From NCBI GenBank assembly GCA_040755005.1, contig JBFMBV010000002.1, forward strand, positions 13,761-77,760: a stretch of 64,000 bases of DNA. Reading direction: 5' to 3'. The translations under genes were made by a program, and so were the position numbers. The stretch is from Bacillota bacterium (GTDB lineage Bacteria; Bacillota; Sulfobacillia; JBFMBV01). The notes beneath the pieces were generated by a model. It worked only from the letters and a program-made list of their open reading frames with translations. It was not told the origin of the DNA and ran no database searches. Below, piece after piece: positions 37,167 through 46,836 of the stretch. Every line of letters starts with the position of its first letter. Position 1 is the stretch's first letter.

Positions 37167-40000
37167 GTGACACTCTCAAACCCTGGTATGCAGTTGCGAC
37201 ACCTCACGAGGACATCCGCGAAGGACGGCTCGCAGAGGCCATCTTTGCGGCAAACGTCTGGGCGGTCGTCCAGGGTACGGCGCCCGAGATCTACCTCGAC
37301 CCTGAGGAGTTTTTCCGTAAGACCTACCTCACCACCGGACTAACCACGGTGCTGAACCGCGTTGCGGGCGCGCTCCGACGCAACGGCGAGGTTGGAGACC
37401 GCATCATCAGCCTCCAGACAGCCTTCGGCGGTGGGAAGACGCACACGCTGGTGGCCCTGTGGCATCTAGCGAAGTATGCCGACCGCTTGGCGGGCTCGCC
37501 TCACTCAGATGCCCTTCGGAGAGCCATCGGCGGCCGATTCCCGGAGAAGGTGAAGGGCGTCGCCGTCTTCACCAACCAGACCTGCGATGCGACCCAGGGA
37601 CGTAGGGTCGCAGATGGCGTTCACCTGCGCACGTTGTGGGGAGAGTTAGCCTACCAGCTCGGCGGGAAGGAGCTCTACGAACGCGTCCGTGCCAATGACG
37701 AAAGCCAGCGCGTGCCTCAAGGGCTCTTCTTCGAGATCCTGCAGGCCGCCGCACCCTGCCTGATCTTGCTGGACGAGCTTGCCGACTACTGCGTTGGCGC
37801 GGCGGCAGTGCCGGTAGGTGACACGAGCCTGGCAGACCAGACCGTGTCCTTCATCCAGCAGCTGACCGAGTCCGTCCAGCAGGTGCCGGGCGTAGTGGTG
37901 GTCGCCACCCTGCCGGCGAGCAAGCACGAGGTCGCCCAAAGCGAGAAGGGCCAGGAGGCCTTCGTGACACTGGAGAAGCGCTTCCAGCGTCTCGGAGCCG
38001 ACGTCAAGCCGGTGGCGGATGTGGAAATCTACGAGGTTGTCCGGGCCCGCCTCTTCGAATCCATCGCACCGGACACTGCTCCGGACTATCCTAAGAAGGT
38101 TGCCCAGGCGTACCAGAGTATGTACGCGGCGCACTCGGGTGAGGTACCCCCCGAGGCCGCCAAAAACACGTACCGCGAGCAGCTCGAGCGCGCCTATCCG
38201 TTCCATCCCCTGCTCATCGACGCACTCTACACGCGCTGGGGCAGCCACCCCGATTTCCAACGGACGCGGGGTGTATTGCGCCTGCTGGCGAGCATCGTAG
38301 GCGACCTTTGGAAGCGCCGGCAGGGAAGCACCGAGACCCAACACCTGATTCAGCCGTGCCATGTCCGCTGGTCTGTCGATGCGCTGCAGGCTGCGCTCAC
38401 ACGACTCTGGGGACCCGCCTATCAATCCGTTGCTGCTGCCGACGTCATCGGGGAGCGGTCCAATGCCGGCATCTTCGACGAAGAACGTGGTGGCGACTAC
38501 CGAAGCGAGTCCATCGGCAAGGGGCTGGGGTCTGCGATCATCCTCGGCTCATTCGGCGGCCAAGGTGGCCGCAGCGGGTTCAGCGCTAGAGATCTGAAGC
38601 TGGCATGCTCCCGGCAGGGTTTAAACTGGAGTTACACGGACGGGGCTCTGCTGGAGCTGGAGAACCGCTGTTTCTACCTCCACACGGTGACGTCCGGAAG
38701 CCTCGGCAAGCGCTACTGGTACGGCACAAAACCGACCCTCAACAAGCTGGTCGTCCAGTACCGTCAGCAGAGCGCCAAGGAGGACTTCGGCGAGGAGATA
38801 CTGGAGGACCTCCGGGCTGATTCCCAGAAGAGCCCCATGGCTGGTGCGACGTGGCGGGTGGTCGTCAACCCCGCAGAAGACCTGCCAGAGCAGAAGTCTC
38901 TCACGCTACTGATCCTTCCGCCGTCCCTGGCCTGGGACGAGAACGGCGGGGCGAAGGACGTGGTCCAGGCACGCGTACAGGCGATCAGCACCAGGTGCGG
39001 CGGAAGGGACCGCCTGTATCGGAACACGCTCCTGTTTCTGGTTGGGACCACTCGCGGGCTCACTAAGCTGCGGCAGGCCTATCGGGAGCAGGCAGCGCTG
39101 GAAGGCGTGCGTGCGGACTACTGGGAACAGCTCGATGAGGAGCAGCGCGAGGAGCTCAAAAAACGACTGGATGCGGCGCGCAAAGCCGCCCTGGAAGCGC
39201 TGGGCCCCGCCTACACCGTTGCCCTCCGAGTGCGCGGGCAAGAAGTAGAGCCATGCGTGCTCTCGGACGCGCGGCGAACCTTCCCAGAACACCTTGGTTA
39301 TGTGTGGACGACGCTCGTCGAGGACGAGGAGTGGATTCTCCGTCGTGTTGGGTCGGTGACGCTGGAGAGCACGGGCCTCATCCCGAAGGAAGGCGGCCTT
39401 CGCTTGAAGGATGCCGTCGAGGCCTTCCTGCGCTTCACGGACAAGCCCATGGTCGCGACCAAGGAGGCGGTGACCACCGGGCTCGCCCAGGCTTGCCTGG
39501 ACGGACTGGTTGGCATCGGCAGAGGTGGAAGCCTGTCGACACTCCTGACCCGCCATTGCAGGCAGTCGGTGTCGCTCGACCCCAACGAAGACGGTGTGTG
39601 GATCATCCCTCCGTTCACACCGGAGCCGACGATGGTTCCTGGGGCTGAGGGAACCGCCGGAGTTGGGATCAATGTCGGGGGACCGGGCGGCCCAGGTGGA
39701 ACAGGCTCCAGCACGGGCAGTGGGGAAGGTGCGGCAACGACCGCCACGGGTAAGCCGGGAATCGAGGGCACGGTGCGTCGGTTCGTCGTCCGCGGCGAGG
39801 TTCCCGTGGAGAGCTGGGGTGAGCTCTTTCGCTGCTTCGTTGGGCCTGCTGCACGGATGAACCTGAAGAAGTTGCAGCTCGGCGTGCAGTTCGAGATGGT
39901 GCTCCCTGAGGAGCGGGTGCTGAGCGAGACCGATCACACGCTCAAGACGATCAAAGAGGCCGCCCGCCAGCTGGGGCTCACCTTCGAGGTGGGGGAGTAA
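37163..40000 (+). CDS. DUF499-family ATPase (BrxC/PglY-like) of a BREX-related, methylation-associated defence system
   Basis: Walker A LQTAFGGGKTHTL and Walker B LILLDELADY in a DUF499-like context; about 945 aa; ATGA overlap with the methyltransferase stop; RBS GAGGGAGG. Confidence 0.75.
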   Translation: MSDTLKPWYAVATPHEDIREGRLAEAIFAANVWAVVQGTAPEIYLDPEEFFRKTYLTTGLTTVLNRVAGALRRNGEVGDRIISLQTAFGGGKTHTLVALWHLAKYADRLAGSPHSDALRRAIGGRFPEKVKGVAVFTNQTCDATQGRRVADGVHLRTLWGELAYQLGGKELYERVRANDESQRVPQGLFFEILQAAAPCLILLDELADYCVGAAAVPVGDTSLADQTVSFIQQLTESVQQVPGVVVVATLPASKHEVAQSEKGQEAFVTLEKRFQRLGADVKPVADVEIYEVVRARLFESIAPDTAPDYPKKVAQAYQSMYAAHSGEVPPEAAKNTYREQLERAYPFHPLLIDALYTRWGSHPDFQRTRGVLRLLASIVGDLWKRRQGSTETQHLIQPCHVRWSVDALQAALTRLWGPAYQSVAAADVIGERSNAGIFDEERGGDYRSESIGKGLGSAIILGSFGGQGGRSGFSARDLKLACSRQGLNWSYTDGALLELENRCFYLHTVTSGSLGKRYWYGTKPTLNKLVVQYRQQSAKEDFGEEILEDLRADSQKSPMAGATWRVVVNPAEDLPEQKSLTLLILPPSLAWDENGGAKDVVQARVQAISTRCGGRDRLYRNTLLFLVGTTRGLTKLRQAYREQAALEGVRADYWEQLDEEQREELKKRLDAARKAALEALGPAYTVALRVRGQEVEPCVLSDARRTFPEHLGYVWTTLVEDEEWILRRVGSVTLESTGLIPKEGGLRLKDAVEAFLRFTDKPMVATKEAVTTGLAQACLDGLVGIGRGGSLSTLLTRHCRQSVSLDPNEDGVWIIPPFTPEPTMVPGAEGTAGVGINVGGPGGPGGTGSSTGSGEGAATTATGKPGIEGTVRRFVVRGEVPVESWGELFRCFVGPAARMNLKKLQLGVQFEMVLPEERVLSETDHTLKTIKEAARQLGLTFEVGE

Positions 40001-40252
40001 TCGGCTCCTAATCCGGAGCACCACCGCCTTACTGCTGCAGCACAGCTATGCCTCAGCACCTCGGGCAGCGCCACGGCCTGCGGGAGAAGCCAAGTATCGT
40101 ACCCTAAGGATGTACGGCTGGCATCTGAAGAAGCGCTAACACTGGCGGGTTGGGTCGATTCCCAACCGACTCTAGGGGGTCACATGCAGCCCGGCGATAA
40201 GGGCAAGAACCGTCACGTCTGGTCAGGCGGTTGCTGAACGGAAGGGGATAGT

Positions 40253-43200
40253 ATGGCGCAGCAAACCAGACCACGCGTCACCCAGCGGGCGTACTCACTC
40301 CGGTTGCGGGGGACCACACCGGGCGACACATCATGGCGGGATGCGCTCTGGCAGACCCATGAGGCTGTCAACAAAGGTGCCAAGGCATTCGGTGATTGGC
40401 TGCTTACTTTGCGTGGCGGCCTGGATCACACACTTGCGGCCGCCAAGACCGACGGAGAACGCCGCCAACGACGCATTCTCTTGGCTCTGTCATGGCTGTC
40501 GGTGGAATCAAAACGCGGAGCTCCGGATGACTTCATTATCAGGCACGGCGGACACGACCGAGGTAAAGCTGTAACCGGGGCACTTGAGGAAATCCTAGTG
40601 CGTCGGGGTGTGGACCAGAGTGAGCTAGCTGAGTGGAAGCGCGACTGCTCCCCGTCCTTGCACGCAGCTATTCGCGAGGATGCCGTTTGGGTGAATCGGA
40701 GCAGGGCATTTGATGGTGCGGTCAACTCAATAGGTTGCTCACTCACGCGCGAGGAGGCGTGGGACATGCTGGAACGCTTCTTCGGAAGCCGTGAAGCCTA
40801 TCTGGCTCCAGCGAAAGGGTCCGAAGATGAGTCTTCCGACACAGGGCAAGAGGAGAAAGCAAAGGACCTCGTCCAGAAGGCAGGGCAATGGCTCAGCAGC
40901 CGGTTCGGCACCGGCAAAGGAGCGGACTTCTCCCGCATGGCCGAGGTCTATCAAGAGATCGCGAGTTGGGCTGGCGCACACTCACCGGACAAGCCGGGCA
41001 CGCATGCCATTGCCAGCCTTGCGACCGCCCTCAGCGAGTTCACTCCTGCATCAGACAACCTACAGGGCGTGCTTGGTCTGATCAGCGGTCCAGGATACAA
41101 GAGCGCGACGCGCAATCTTCTCACTCAGATCGCCGCCAAGACCACCGTTACTCAACAAGATTTTACGAAACTGAACGCAACGGCGACCGCGGATAAAGGA
41201 AAATGCATGACGAACACCGGATCGAAGGGGCAACGAGCATACTCCGACACCATCCTCAAGGACGTGGAGTCGGCTTGTGGGTTCACCTACCTGCAGGACG
41301 GAGGGCCTGCTAGACACCCGGAGTTTGCAGTCATGCTTGACCACGCAGCTCGCCGCGTTTCCTTGGCCCACACGTGGATCAAGCGGGCTGAGGCGGAACG
41401 TCGCCGGTTTGAGGAAGAAGCGAAGCGTATGGCCAATGTCCCATCTCCTGCTAGGGAGTGGCTGGACTCGTTCTGCTCGGAACGTTCGGGAACGTCAGGT
41501 GCTTTGGAACCCTACCGTATCCGGCGGCGGGCGGTGGACGGGTGGAAGGAAGTGGTCACCGCATGGAGTAGGAGTTCATGTAGTACCGGCGCCGACCGGA
41601 TCGCCGCCGCTCGGGCGTTGCAGGACGCTCCAGAGATCGACAAGTTCGGCGACATTCAGCTATTCGAGGCCCTCGCTGAAGACGACGCCGTGTGCGTTTG
41701 GCACAAGGATGGCGATGCCGCGAAACCTCCCGACCTTCAGCCGCTGCTTGACTACGTTTTTGGCGCTGAAGCGGAGTTCAAGAAACGGCACTTCAAGGTG
41801 CCGGCGTACCGCCACCCCGATGCGCTTTTGCATCCGATCTTCTGCGATTTTGGGAAGTCCCGCTGGGACATCTGCTTCGACGTCCAGAAGAACGTGCAAA
41901 CGCCCTTTCCGCGGGCGCTTTGCCTGACGCTTTGGACCGGGAGCGGGATGGTAGCAGTTCGGTTGTGCTGGCAGTCCAAGAGGCTTGCATGTGATTTGGC
42001 CCTTGGAAACAACGCGAGGAATGCAGGTGCTTCCGCGGTCACCCGCGCGGACAGATTGGGACGAGCTGCCTCAAATGTGACAAAGAATGATGAGGTAAAT
42101 ATCGCGGGGCTCTTTGAACAAGCAGACTGGAATGGCCGGTTGCAGGCTCCAAGACAGCAGTTGGAAGCCATCGCCGCACGTGTGGCCAAACACGGCTGGG
42201 ATGATAAGGCCGTACAGATGCAATATCGTATCCAATGGTTGGTGTCTTTCTCTGCCAAGCTTCAACCGCAGGGCCCGTGGCTCACCTATGGAATGGCAAA
42301 TAACCTGAAGCTAGACCAGAAGAACGGTGATATTGTTATCGCGCCGCCTAACACCAAGAATGAATGGCGTGGGCTGGCTTACCCGTTCTGGCATCCTGAT
42401 AATCAGGAAGGCCGTAAGGGATTGGCCAAGCACTGCCTCTCCCGTTTGCCCGGTCTTCGCGTGCTTTCTGTCGACCTTGGTCACCGTTATGCTGCGGCGT
42501 GCGCGGTGTGGGAAGCGGTAAACACCGAGCAGATCAAGGTAGCGTGCCAGGCCGCCGGACATGATGAGCCGAAGGAGAGCGATCTCTACCTGCATCTCAA
42601 GAGAAAGGCGACGAAGCAGAAGAGGGGCGAAAACGTCGAGGTCGAGAGAACCACTATCTATCGCCGCATCGGCGCGGACACATTGCCGGACGGTACGCAG
42701 CATCCCGCCTCGTGGGCGCGCCTGGACCGCCAGTTCCTCATCAGGCTCCAGGGCGAGGAAAAGGGAGCTCGCGCGGCATTAAACGAGGAGATATGGGCGG
42801 TTCATCAACTGGAGGCTGAACTGGGCAGGACCGTGCCAATTATCGACCGACTGGTCAGATGGGGTCAGTCCGGCAAGCAAGAAACGAGACTCGATGCGCT
42901 ACGTAATCTGGGGTGGGCACCGGCAAACGAGGTTCAAGGCTCTGACGAGATGGACGAAGGCGAAGTCCGTAAGCCATCGCGCTCCGTTGACGAACTGATG
43001 TCCTCCGCCGTCCGGACCATGCGCCTCGCGCTCAAGCGCCATGGCGACCGGGCGCGAATCGCCTTTGCCATGACGGCAGCCTATAAACCTTTGCCCGGCG
43101 ACCGCAGATACTACTTCACCGAGGCGAGAGATGCTTCGGCGAACGAAGATGCTAATGCGCGGAACGGTACGCATATCGAGTCTATCCAAGATGCTCTGCT

Positions 43201-44659
43201 CCTCTGGTATGGATTGGCATCCTCCCGTGGATGGCGGGACGACGCGGCAAAGCGACTGTGGGATGACCATATCACCGGATTGTCCGGATACAAGGCTCCG
43301 GAAGAAATCGGTGAGGATGTCTCCGGTGTAGCGCGCAAGACGAAGCAAAGAGAGAATCGAGAGAAACTCCATCATGTGGCGGAGGCCCTGGTCAAGGATG
43401 CAAGGCTTCGAGAGGCTCTCCACGACGCCTGGAAGAAGCGATGGGAAGCGGACGACGAGCGGTGCAAAAGACAGCTTCGCTGGTTCAAGGACTGGATTCT
43501 TCCCCGCGGCAAAGCCGCGAGTGATCCGACCATCCGCAAGGTCGGCGGACTCTCCCTTCGCCGGCTTGCCACGCTGACCGAGTTTCGCCGCAAAGTTCAA
43601 GTGGGATTTTTCACCCGCCTTCAACCGGATGGCATAAGGGCTGAAGCCAAAGAGCAGTTCGGGCAGAGCGCCTTGGACGCTCTGGAACATCTACGCGAGC
43701 AGCGCGTCAAGCAACTTGCCAGTCGCATAGCCGAGGCGGCGCTCGGTATCGGACGGATGAGGCGGCCCATGGGAGGCAAGGACCCCAAACGGCCAAGTGT
43801 CCGTGTAGACGCGCCTTGCCACGCCATCGTCATCGAAGACCTTACCCACTACCGGCCGGAGGAAACTCGTACCCGGCGGGAAAACCGCCAACTCATGACG
43901 TGGTCGTCCTCGAAGGTCAAGACGTACCTGGCCGAAGCCTGCCAACTCCACGGCCTGCACCTCCGCGAAGTCTCGGCGAGCTACACGTCGCGCCAGGACT
44001 CCCGCACAGGAGCTCCCGGCATCCGCTGTCAGGATGTGCCTGTCAATGAGTTCATGCGGTTGCCGTTCTGGAGGAAGCAGGTTAAGCAAGCGGAGGCGAA
44101 GCAGGCCGAGAACAAGGGCGACGCGCGTGAGCGGCTCCTCTGTGACCTGAACTCAATGTGGAAAGACAAGGCTGTAGCCGATTGGCAGAAGGCCGGGGTT
44201 ATCCGTGTTCCACTAAGAGGAGGCGAGATATTTGTTTCGGCCAGCCGGGACTCCCAGGGAGTGAAGAGCCTTCAAGCCGACCTGAACGCCGCTGCCAACA
44301 TCGGCCTGCGGGGGCTTACTGACCCGGACTGGCCGGGAAAGTGGTGGTACGTGCCATGCGAGCCGGCCAGCTTCAAGCCCACACCTGATAAGGTAAAAGG
44401 TAGTGCCGCGATCAACCTGGACATGCCACTCAAAGACGCATCGGTCGGCAGCGGGGACGTAACCAGGAAGAAAGCCGGGAAGGCCAAGTCACAGTCCAAA
44501 GAGGTTGTTAACCTCTGGCGAGATGTCTCATCACGGGTGATTTCTGCGGAGGGCGTGGCGTGGGAAGTCTATTCCGCCTATCAGAATCAAGTGCAGGCGC
44601 GAGTGGTCGATATCCTGCACAGATCCGCGTGCTCAAACAATGACCGGGAGAAACAATAG
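40253..44659 (+). CDS. cas12b: Cas12b (C2c1) type V-B effector nuclease, unusually long (1468 aa)
   Basis: N-terminus alignable by eye to AacCas12b (RAYSLRLRG..SWRDALWQTHEAVNKGAKAFGDWLLTLRGG). RuvC-I VLSVDLGHRYAAACAV; RuvC-II IVIEDLTHY...YTSRQDSRTGAPGIRC; RuvC-III QADLNAAANIGLRGL. Followed by cas4/1, cas2 and an array. Confidence 0.85.
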   Translation: MAQQTRPRVTQRAYSLRLRGTTPGDTSWRDALWQTHEAVNKGAKAFGDWLLTLRGGLDHTLAAAKTDGERRQRRILLALSWLSVESKRGAPDDFIIRHGGHDRGKAVTGALEEILVRRGVDQSELAEWKRDCSPSLHAAIREDAVWVNRSRAFDGAVNSIGCSLTREEAWDMLERFFGSREAYLAPAKGSEDESSDTGQEEKAKDLVQKAGQWLSSRFGTGKGADFSRMAEVYQEIASWAGAHSPDKPGTHAIASLATALSEFTPASDNLQGVLGLISGPGYKSATRNLLTQIAAKTTVTQQDFTKLNATATADKGKCMTNTGSKGQRAYSDTILKDVESACGFTYLQDGGPARHPEFAVMLDHAARRVSLAHTWIKRAEAERRRFEEEAKRMANVPSPAREWLDSFCSERSGTSGALEPYRIRRRAVDGWKEVVTAWSRSSCSTGADRIAAARALQDAPEIDKFGDIQLFEALAEDDAVCVWHKDGDAAKPPDLQPLLDYVFGAEAEFKKRHFKVPAYRHPDALLHPIFCDFGKSRWDICFDVQKNVQTPFPRALCLTLWTGSGMVAVRLCWQSKRLACDLALGNNARNAGASAVTRADRLGRAASNVTKNDEVNIAGLFEQADWNGRLQAPRQQLEAIAARVAKHGWDDKAVQMQYRIQWLVSFSAKLQPQGPWLTYGMANNLKLDQKNGDIVIAPPNTKNEWRGLAYPFWHPDNQEGRKGLAKHCLSRLPGLRVLSVDLGHRYAAACAVWEAVNTEQIKVACQAAGHDEPKESDLYLHLKRKATKQKRGENVEVERTTIYRRIGADTLPDGTQHPASWARLDRQFLIRLQGEEKGARAALNEEIWAVHQLEAELGRTVPIIDRLVRWGQSGKQETRLDALRNLGWAPANEVQGSDEMDEGEVRKPSRSVDELMSSAVRTMRLALKRHGDRARIAFAMTAAYKPLPGDRRYYFTEARDASANEDANARNGTHIESIQDALLLWYGLASSRGWRDDAAKRLWDDHITGLSGYKAPEEIGEDVSGVARKTKQRENREKLHHVAEALVKDARLREALHDAWKKRWEADDERCKRQLRWFKDWILPRGKAASDPTIRKVGGLSLRRLATLTEFRRKVQVGFFTRLQPDGIRAEAKEQFGQSALDALEHLREQRVKQLASRIAEAALGIGRMRRPMGGKDPKRPSVRVDAPCHAIVIEDLTHYRPEETRTRRENRQLMTWSSSKVKTYLAEACQLHGLHLREVSASYTSRQDSRTGAPGIRCQDVPVNEFMRLPFWRKQVKQAEAKQAENKGDARERLLCDLNSMWKDKAVADWQKAGVIRVPLRGGEIFVSASRDSQGVKSLQADLNAAANIGLRGLTDPDWPGKWWYVPCEPASFKPTPDKVKGSAAINLDMPLKDASVGSGDVTRKKAGKAKSQSKEVVNLWRDVSSRVISAEGVAWEVYSAYQNQVQARVVDILHRSACSNNDREKQ

Positions 44660-44689
44660 TGATGACCACTCCGTGGCCGGGAGCCTGCT

Positions 44690-46408
44690 ATGGATGAGAG
44701 CCTTTGGCCAGCCCGGAATGTGGCCGAACATGCATATTGCCCGCGGCTCTTCTATTACATGCAGGTCGAGGGTGTCTTTGTTCCGAGCAGCGACACGGAA
44801 AAGGGGGTCGCTGTCCATCGACGCGTGGACAAGCCCAGCGCAGCTCAGGGGAAGGCGGATGAAAGCGAGGCGGACCCCGATCGGCCGAAAACAGTTCGGA
44901 GTCTGGCCTTAACAAGTGAGTCGCTCGGTCTAACCGCGACGTTGGACTTGGCGGAGATCTCGGGTCAAGTCGCAGTGCCCGTCGAATATCGCAAAGGTCG
45001 TCCCAAGCGCGTTTCATTGGATCCGCCTCCCGACGATCCGGGCGAAGCAGAGGAAGCTCCACTTTCGCACACAGAAGCGTGGCCCACGGACCGTGTTCAA
45101 GTGGGCCTCCAAGCCATTCTTCTTGAGGGTGCCGGGTATACGGTTAGTGAAGCGGTCATCTACTACGCCGAGGAGAAACATCGTTTCAGGATTCCCGTCG
45201 ATGATGCTCTCAAGGTCGAAGCGCTGAGGACCTTGGAAAGCGCGAAACAATGCGCCGAAGGCTCACGGCCTCTCCCGCTGCTCAATGATCCGCGCTGTCC
45301 GCGGTGTTCGCTTCAGCCGATATGCTTGCCGGACGAGGTCAATCACCAGCGGGCACAATCTTCAAGTGACGAACGTACACCGAGAAAGATCTGGCCGCCG
45401 CGCGATGACGGTATTCATGTAGTAGCCCAGCAGGATGGCGTGAAGGTCGGCGTTCGTGGCATGGAGTTGAAGGTCACGGACAAAAGTGGCGCAGTAGTCA
45501 AAACCATGCCGCTCGCCAACCTCGAAAGCCTTTCCCTGCTTGGTTCGGTGCAAATCACCACCCAGGCGATTCGTGCCCTTGCCGACATGAACACTCCTAT
45601 CGCGTTTCTTTCGCCGGCGGGACGGCTAGTGGCCATGATCGATCCGCTCGATTCAGTCAGCGCCGAGGTTCGAAGGTCACAGGTTCGTAAACTCGACCGC
45701 ATGGAGGTCTGCCTCGAACTTGCACGTGCCCTCGTGTCGGCCAAGATCATGAACCAGAGAACACTCCTCCTCCGCAATCACAGCTCGTTGCCACCTGGCG
45801 TAGCTGCTGATCTGGTGAAGGAGGCTCAGAATGCGGCGCAGTCGGATTCGGTAGATTCGGTGCGCGGGCATGAGGGTCAGGCGGCGGCCATCTACTTCGG
45901 GCATTTTGCTGGAATGTTCAAGGGCCCTCTATCGTTGGAGTTTGATGCCAATGGCAGGAAACGCAGACCTCCGCCCGACCCCATCAACTCCTGTCTGTCG
46001 CTTGCGTACTCGATGTTGACTCACGAGTGCGTGGCGGCGTTACGCCTCGCAAGACTGGAGCCATCTATCGGCGGATTTCATGTATCGAAGCCAGGGCGTC
46101 CCGCGCTCGCGCTCGATCTCATGGAACCGTTTCGACCCCTGATCGCGGATTCCGTCGCGATCACATGCTTTAACCGGGGTGAGTTGACCGAGGGACATTT
46201 TCTTCGCACTGCCTCCGGCTGTTCGCTCACCGACGCTGGCAGAAGGGGCTTCTTCCATGCTCTTGGCAGAAGAATGGATACTGAGGTCACCCATCCGGTC
46301 TTCGAGTATCGTTTGAGCTACCGGCGCATGATCGTCTTGCACGCGCGGATGATTGCGGCCTGGCTCACGGGAGATATTCCTTCTCTGGCGTTCCTGAACA
46401 CACGCTGA
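44690..46408 (+). CDS. cas4-cas1: Cas4-Cas1 fusion protein
   Basis: Cas4 part: EHAYCPRLFYY plus C-terminal Cys cluster (CPRCSLQPIC). Cas1 part: conserved blocks (LSLLGSVQITTQAIRAL; RRPPPDPINSCLSLAYSML; DLMEPFRPLIADS). Confidence 0.9.
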   Translation: MDESLWPARNVAEHAYCPRLFYYMQVEGVFVPSSDTEKGVAVHRRVDKPSAAQGKADESEADPDRPKTVRSLALTSESLGLTATLDLAEISGQVAVPVEYRKGRPKRVSLDPPPDDPGEAEEAPLSHTEAWPTDRVQVGLQAILLEGAGYTVSEAVIYYAEEKHRFRIPVDDALKVEALRTLESAKQCAEGSRPLPLLNDPRCPRCSLQPICLPDEVNHQRAQSSSDERTPRKIWPPRDDGIHVVAQQDGVKVGVRGMELKVTDKSGAVVKTMPLANLESLSLLGSVQITTQAIRALADMNTPIAFLSPAGRLVAMIDPLDSVSAEVRRSQVRKLDRMEVCLELARALVSAKIMNQRTLLLRNHSSLPPGVAADLVKEAQNAAQSDSVDSVRGHEGQAAAIYFGHFAGMFKGPLSLEFDANGRKRRPPPDPINSCLSLAYSMLTHECVAALRLARLEPSIGGFHVSKPGRPALALDLMEPFRPLIADSVAITCFNRGELTEGHFLRTASGCSLTDAGRRGFFHALGRRMDTEVTHPVFEYRLSYRRMIVLHARMIAAWLTGDIPSLAFLNTR

Positions 46409-46424
46409 CTTGCCGGAGGCTATT

Positions 46425-46715
46425 ATGCGTCGATGCTACCTGGTTTGTTACGACATCAGAGAACCGAAACGATTGCGGCGTGTCCACAAGGTGCTTAAAG
46501 GGTACGGCGAAGCCTGGCAGTTTTCCGTCTTCTTTTGTGTGCTCAAAGACATTGACCGCGTGCGGTTGCAGACCGATCTCGAGGAGCAGATGAACCAGAA
46601 GGTAGATCAGGCCATGATTCTGGACCTTGGCCCTAACGAGAAGGAGGCCCGCGAAGCGGCCACGGTTATAGGCCAACCCCTTCCCGGCCAGGACAGCGGG
46701 ATCGTTGTTGTTTGA
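46425..46715 (+). CDS. cas2: Cas2
   Basis: About 97 aa, MRRCYLVCYDI.. N-terminus typical of Cas2; the track begins the ORF at TTG 46410. Confidence 0.85.
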   Translation: MRRCYLVCYDIREPKRLRRVHKVLKGYGEAWQFSVFFCVLKDIDRVRLQTDLEEQMNQKVDQAMILDLGPNEKEAREAATVIGQPLPGQDSGIVVV

Positions 46716-46811
46716 CTTTCGGGGTGCCAGAAGGTATGATTTCCCTGAGGCCTCTACAGGAGGCGAGAGTACCACGGCACGTGTCTTCCCCTTCAATGGG
46801 CTTGGCACCGT

Positions 46812-46836
46812 GGAGTCGATCAGTTTTGTTCCGACG
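46812..46836 (+). ncRNA. Candidate tracrRNA anti-repeat within the cas2-array leader (transcript bounds unknown)
   Basis: GGAGTCGATCAGTTTTGTTCCGACG matches the reverse complement of the repeat (CCGTCGATCAGATCCGTTTCGATG) at 17/25 positions, including a perfect 9-mer GTCGATCAG. Followed by a T-run. Adjacent CAATGGGCTTGGCACCGTGG loosely resembles the Aac tracrRNA segment CCAATGGCCACTTTCCAGGTGGCA. Confidence 0.3.

Noticed and set aside
40001-40252. 250-nt region upstream of cas12b, considered as the tracrRNA locus
   Set aside because: Only a 6-nt GTCGAT match to the repeat complement was found, with no extended anti-repeat. The leader region 46812-46836 is a far better candidate. It could still carry the cas12b promoter.
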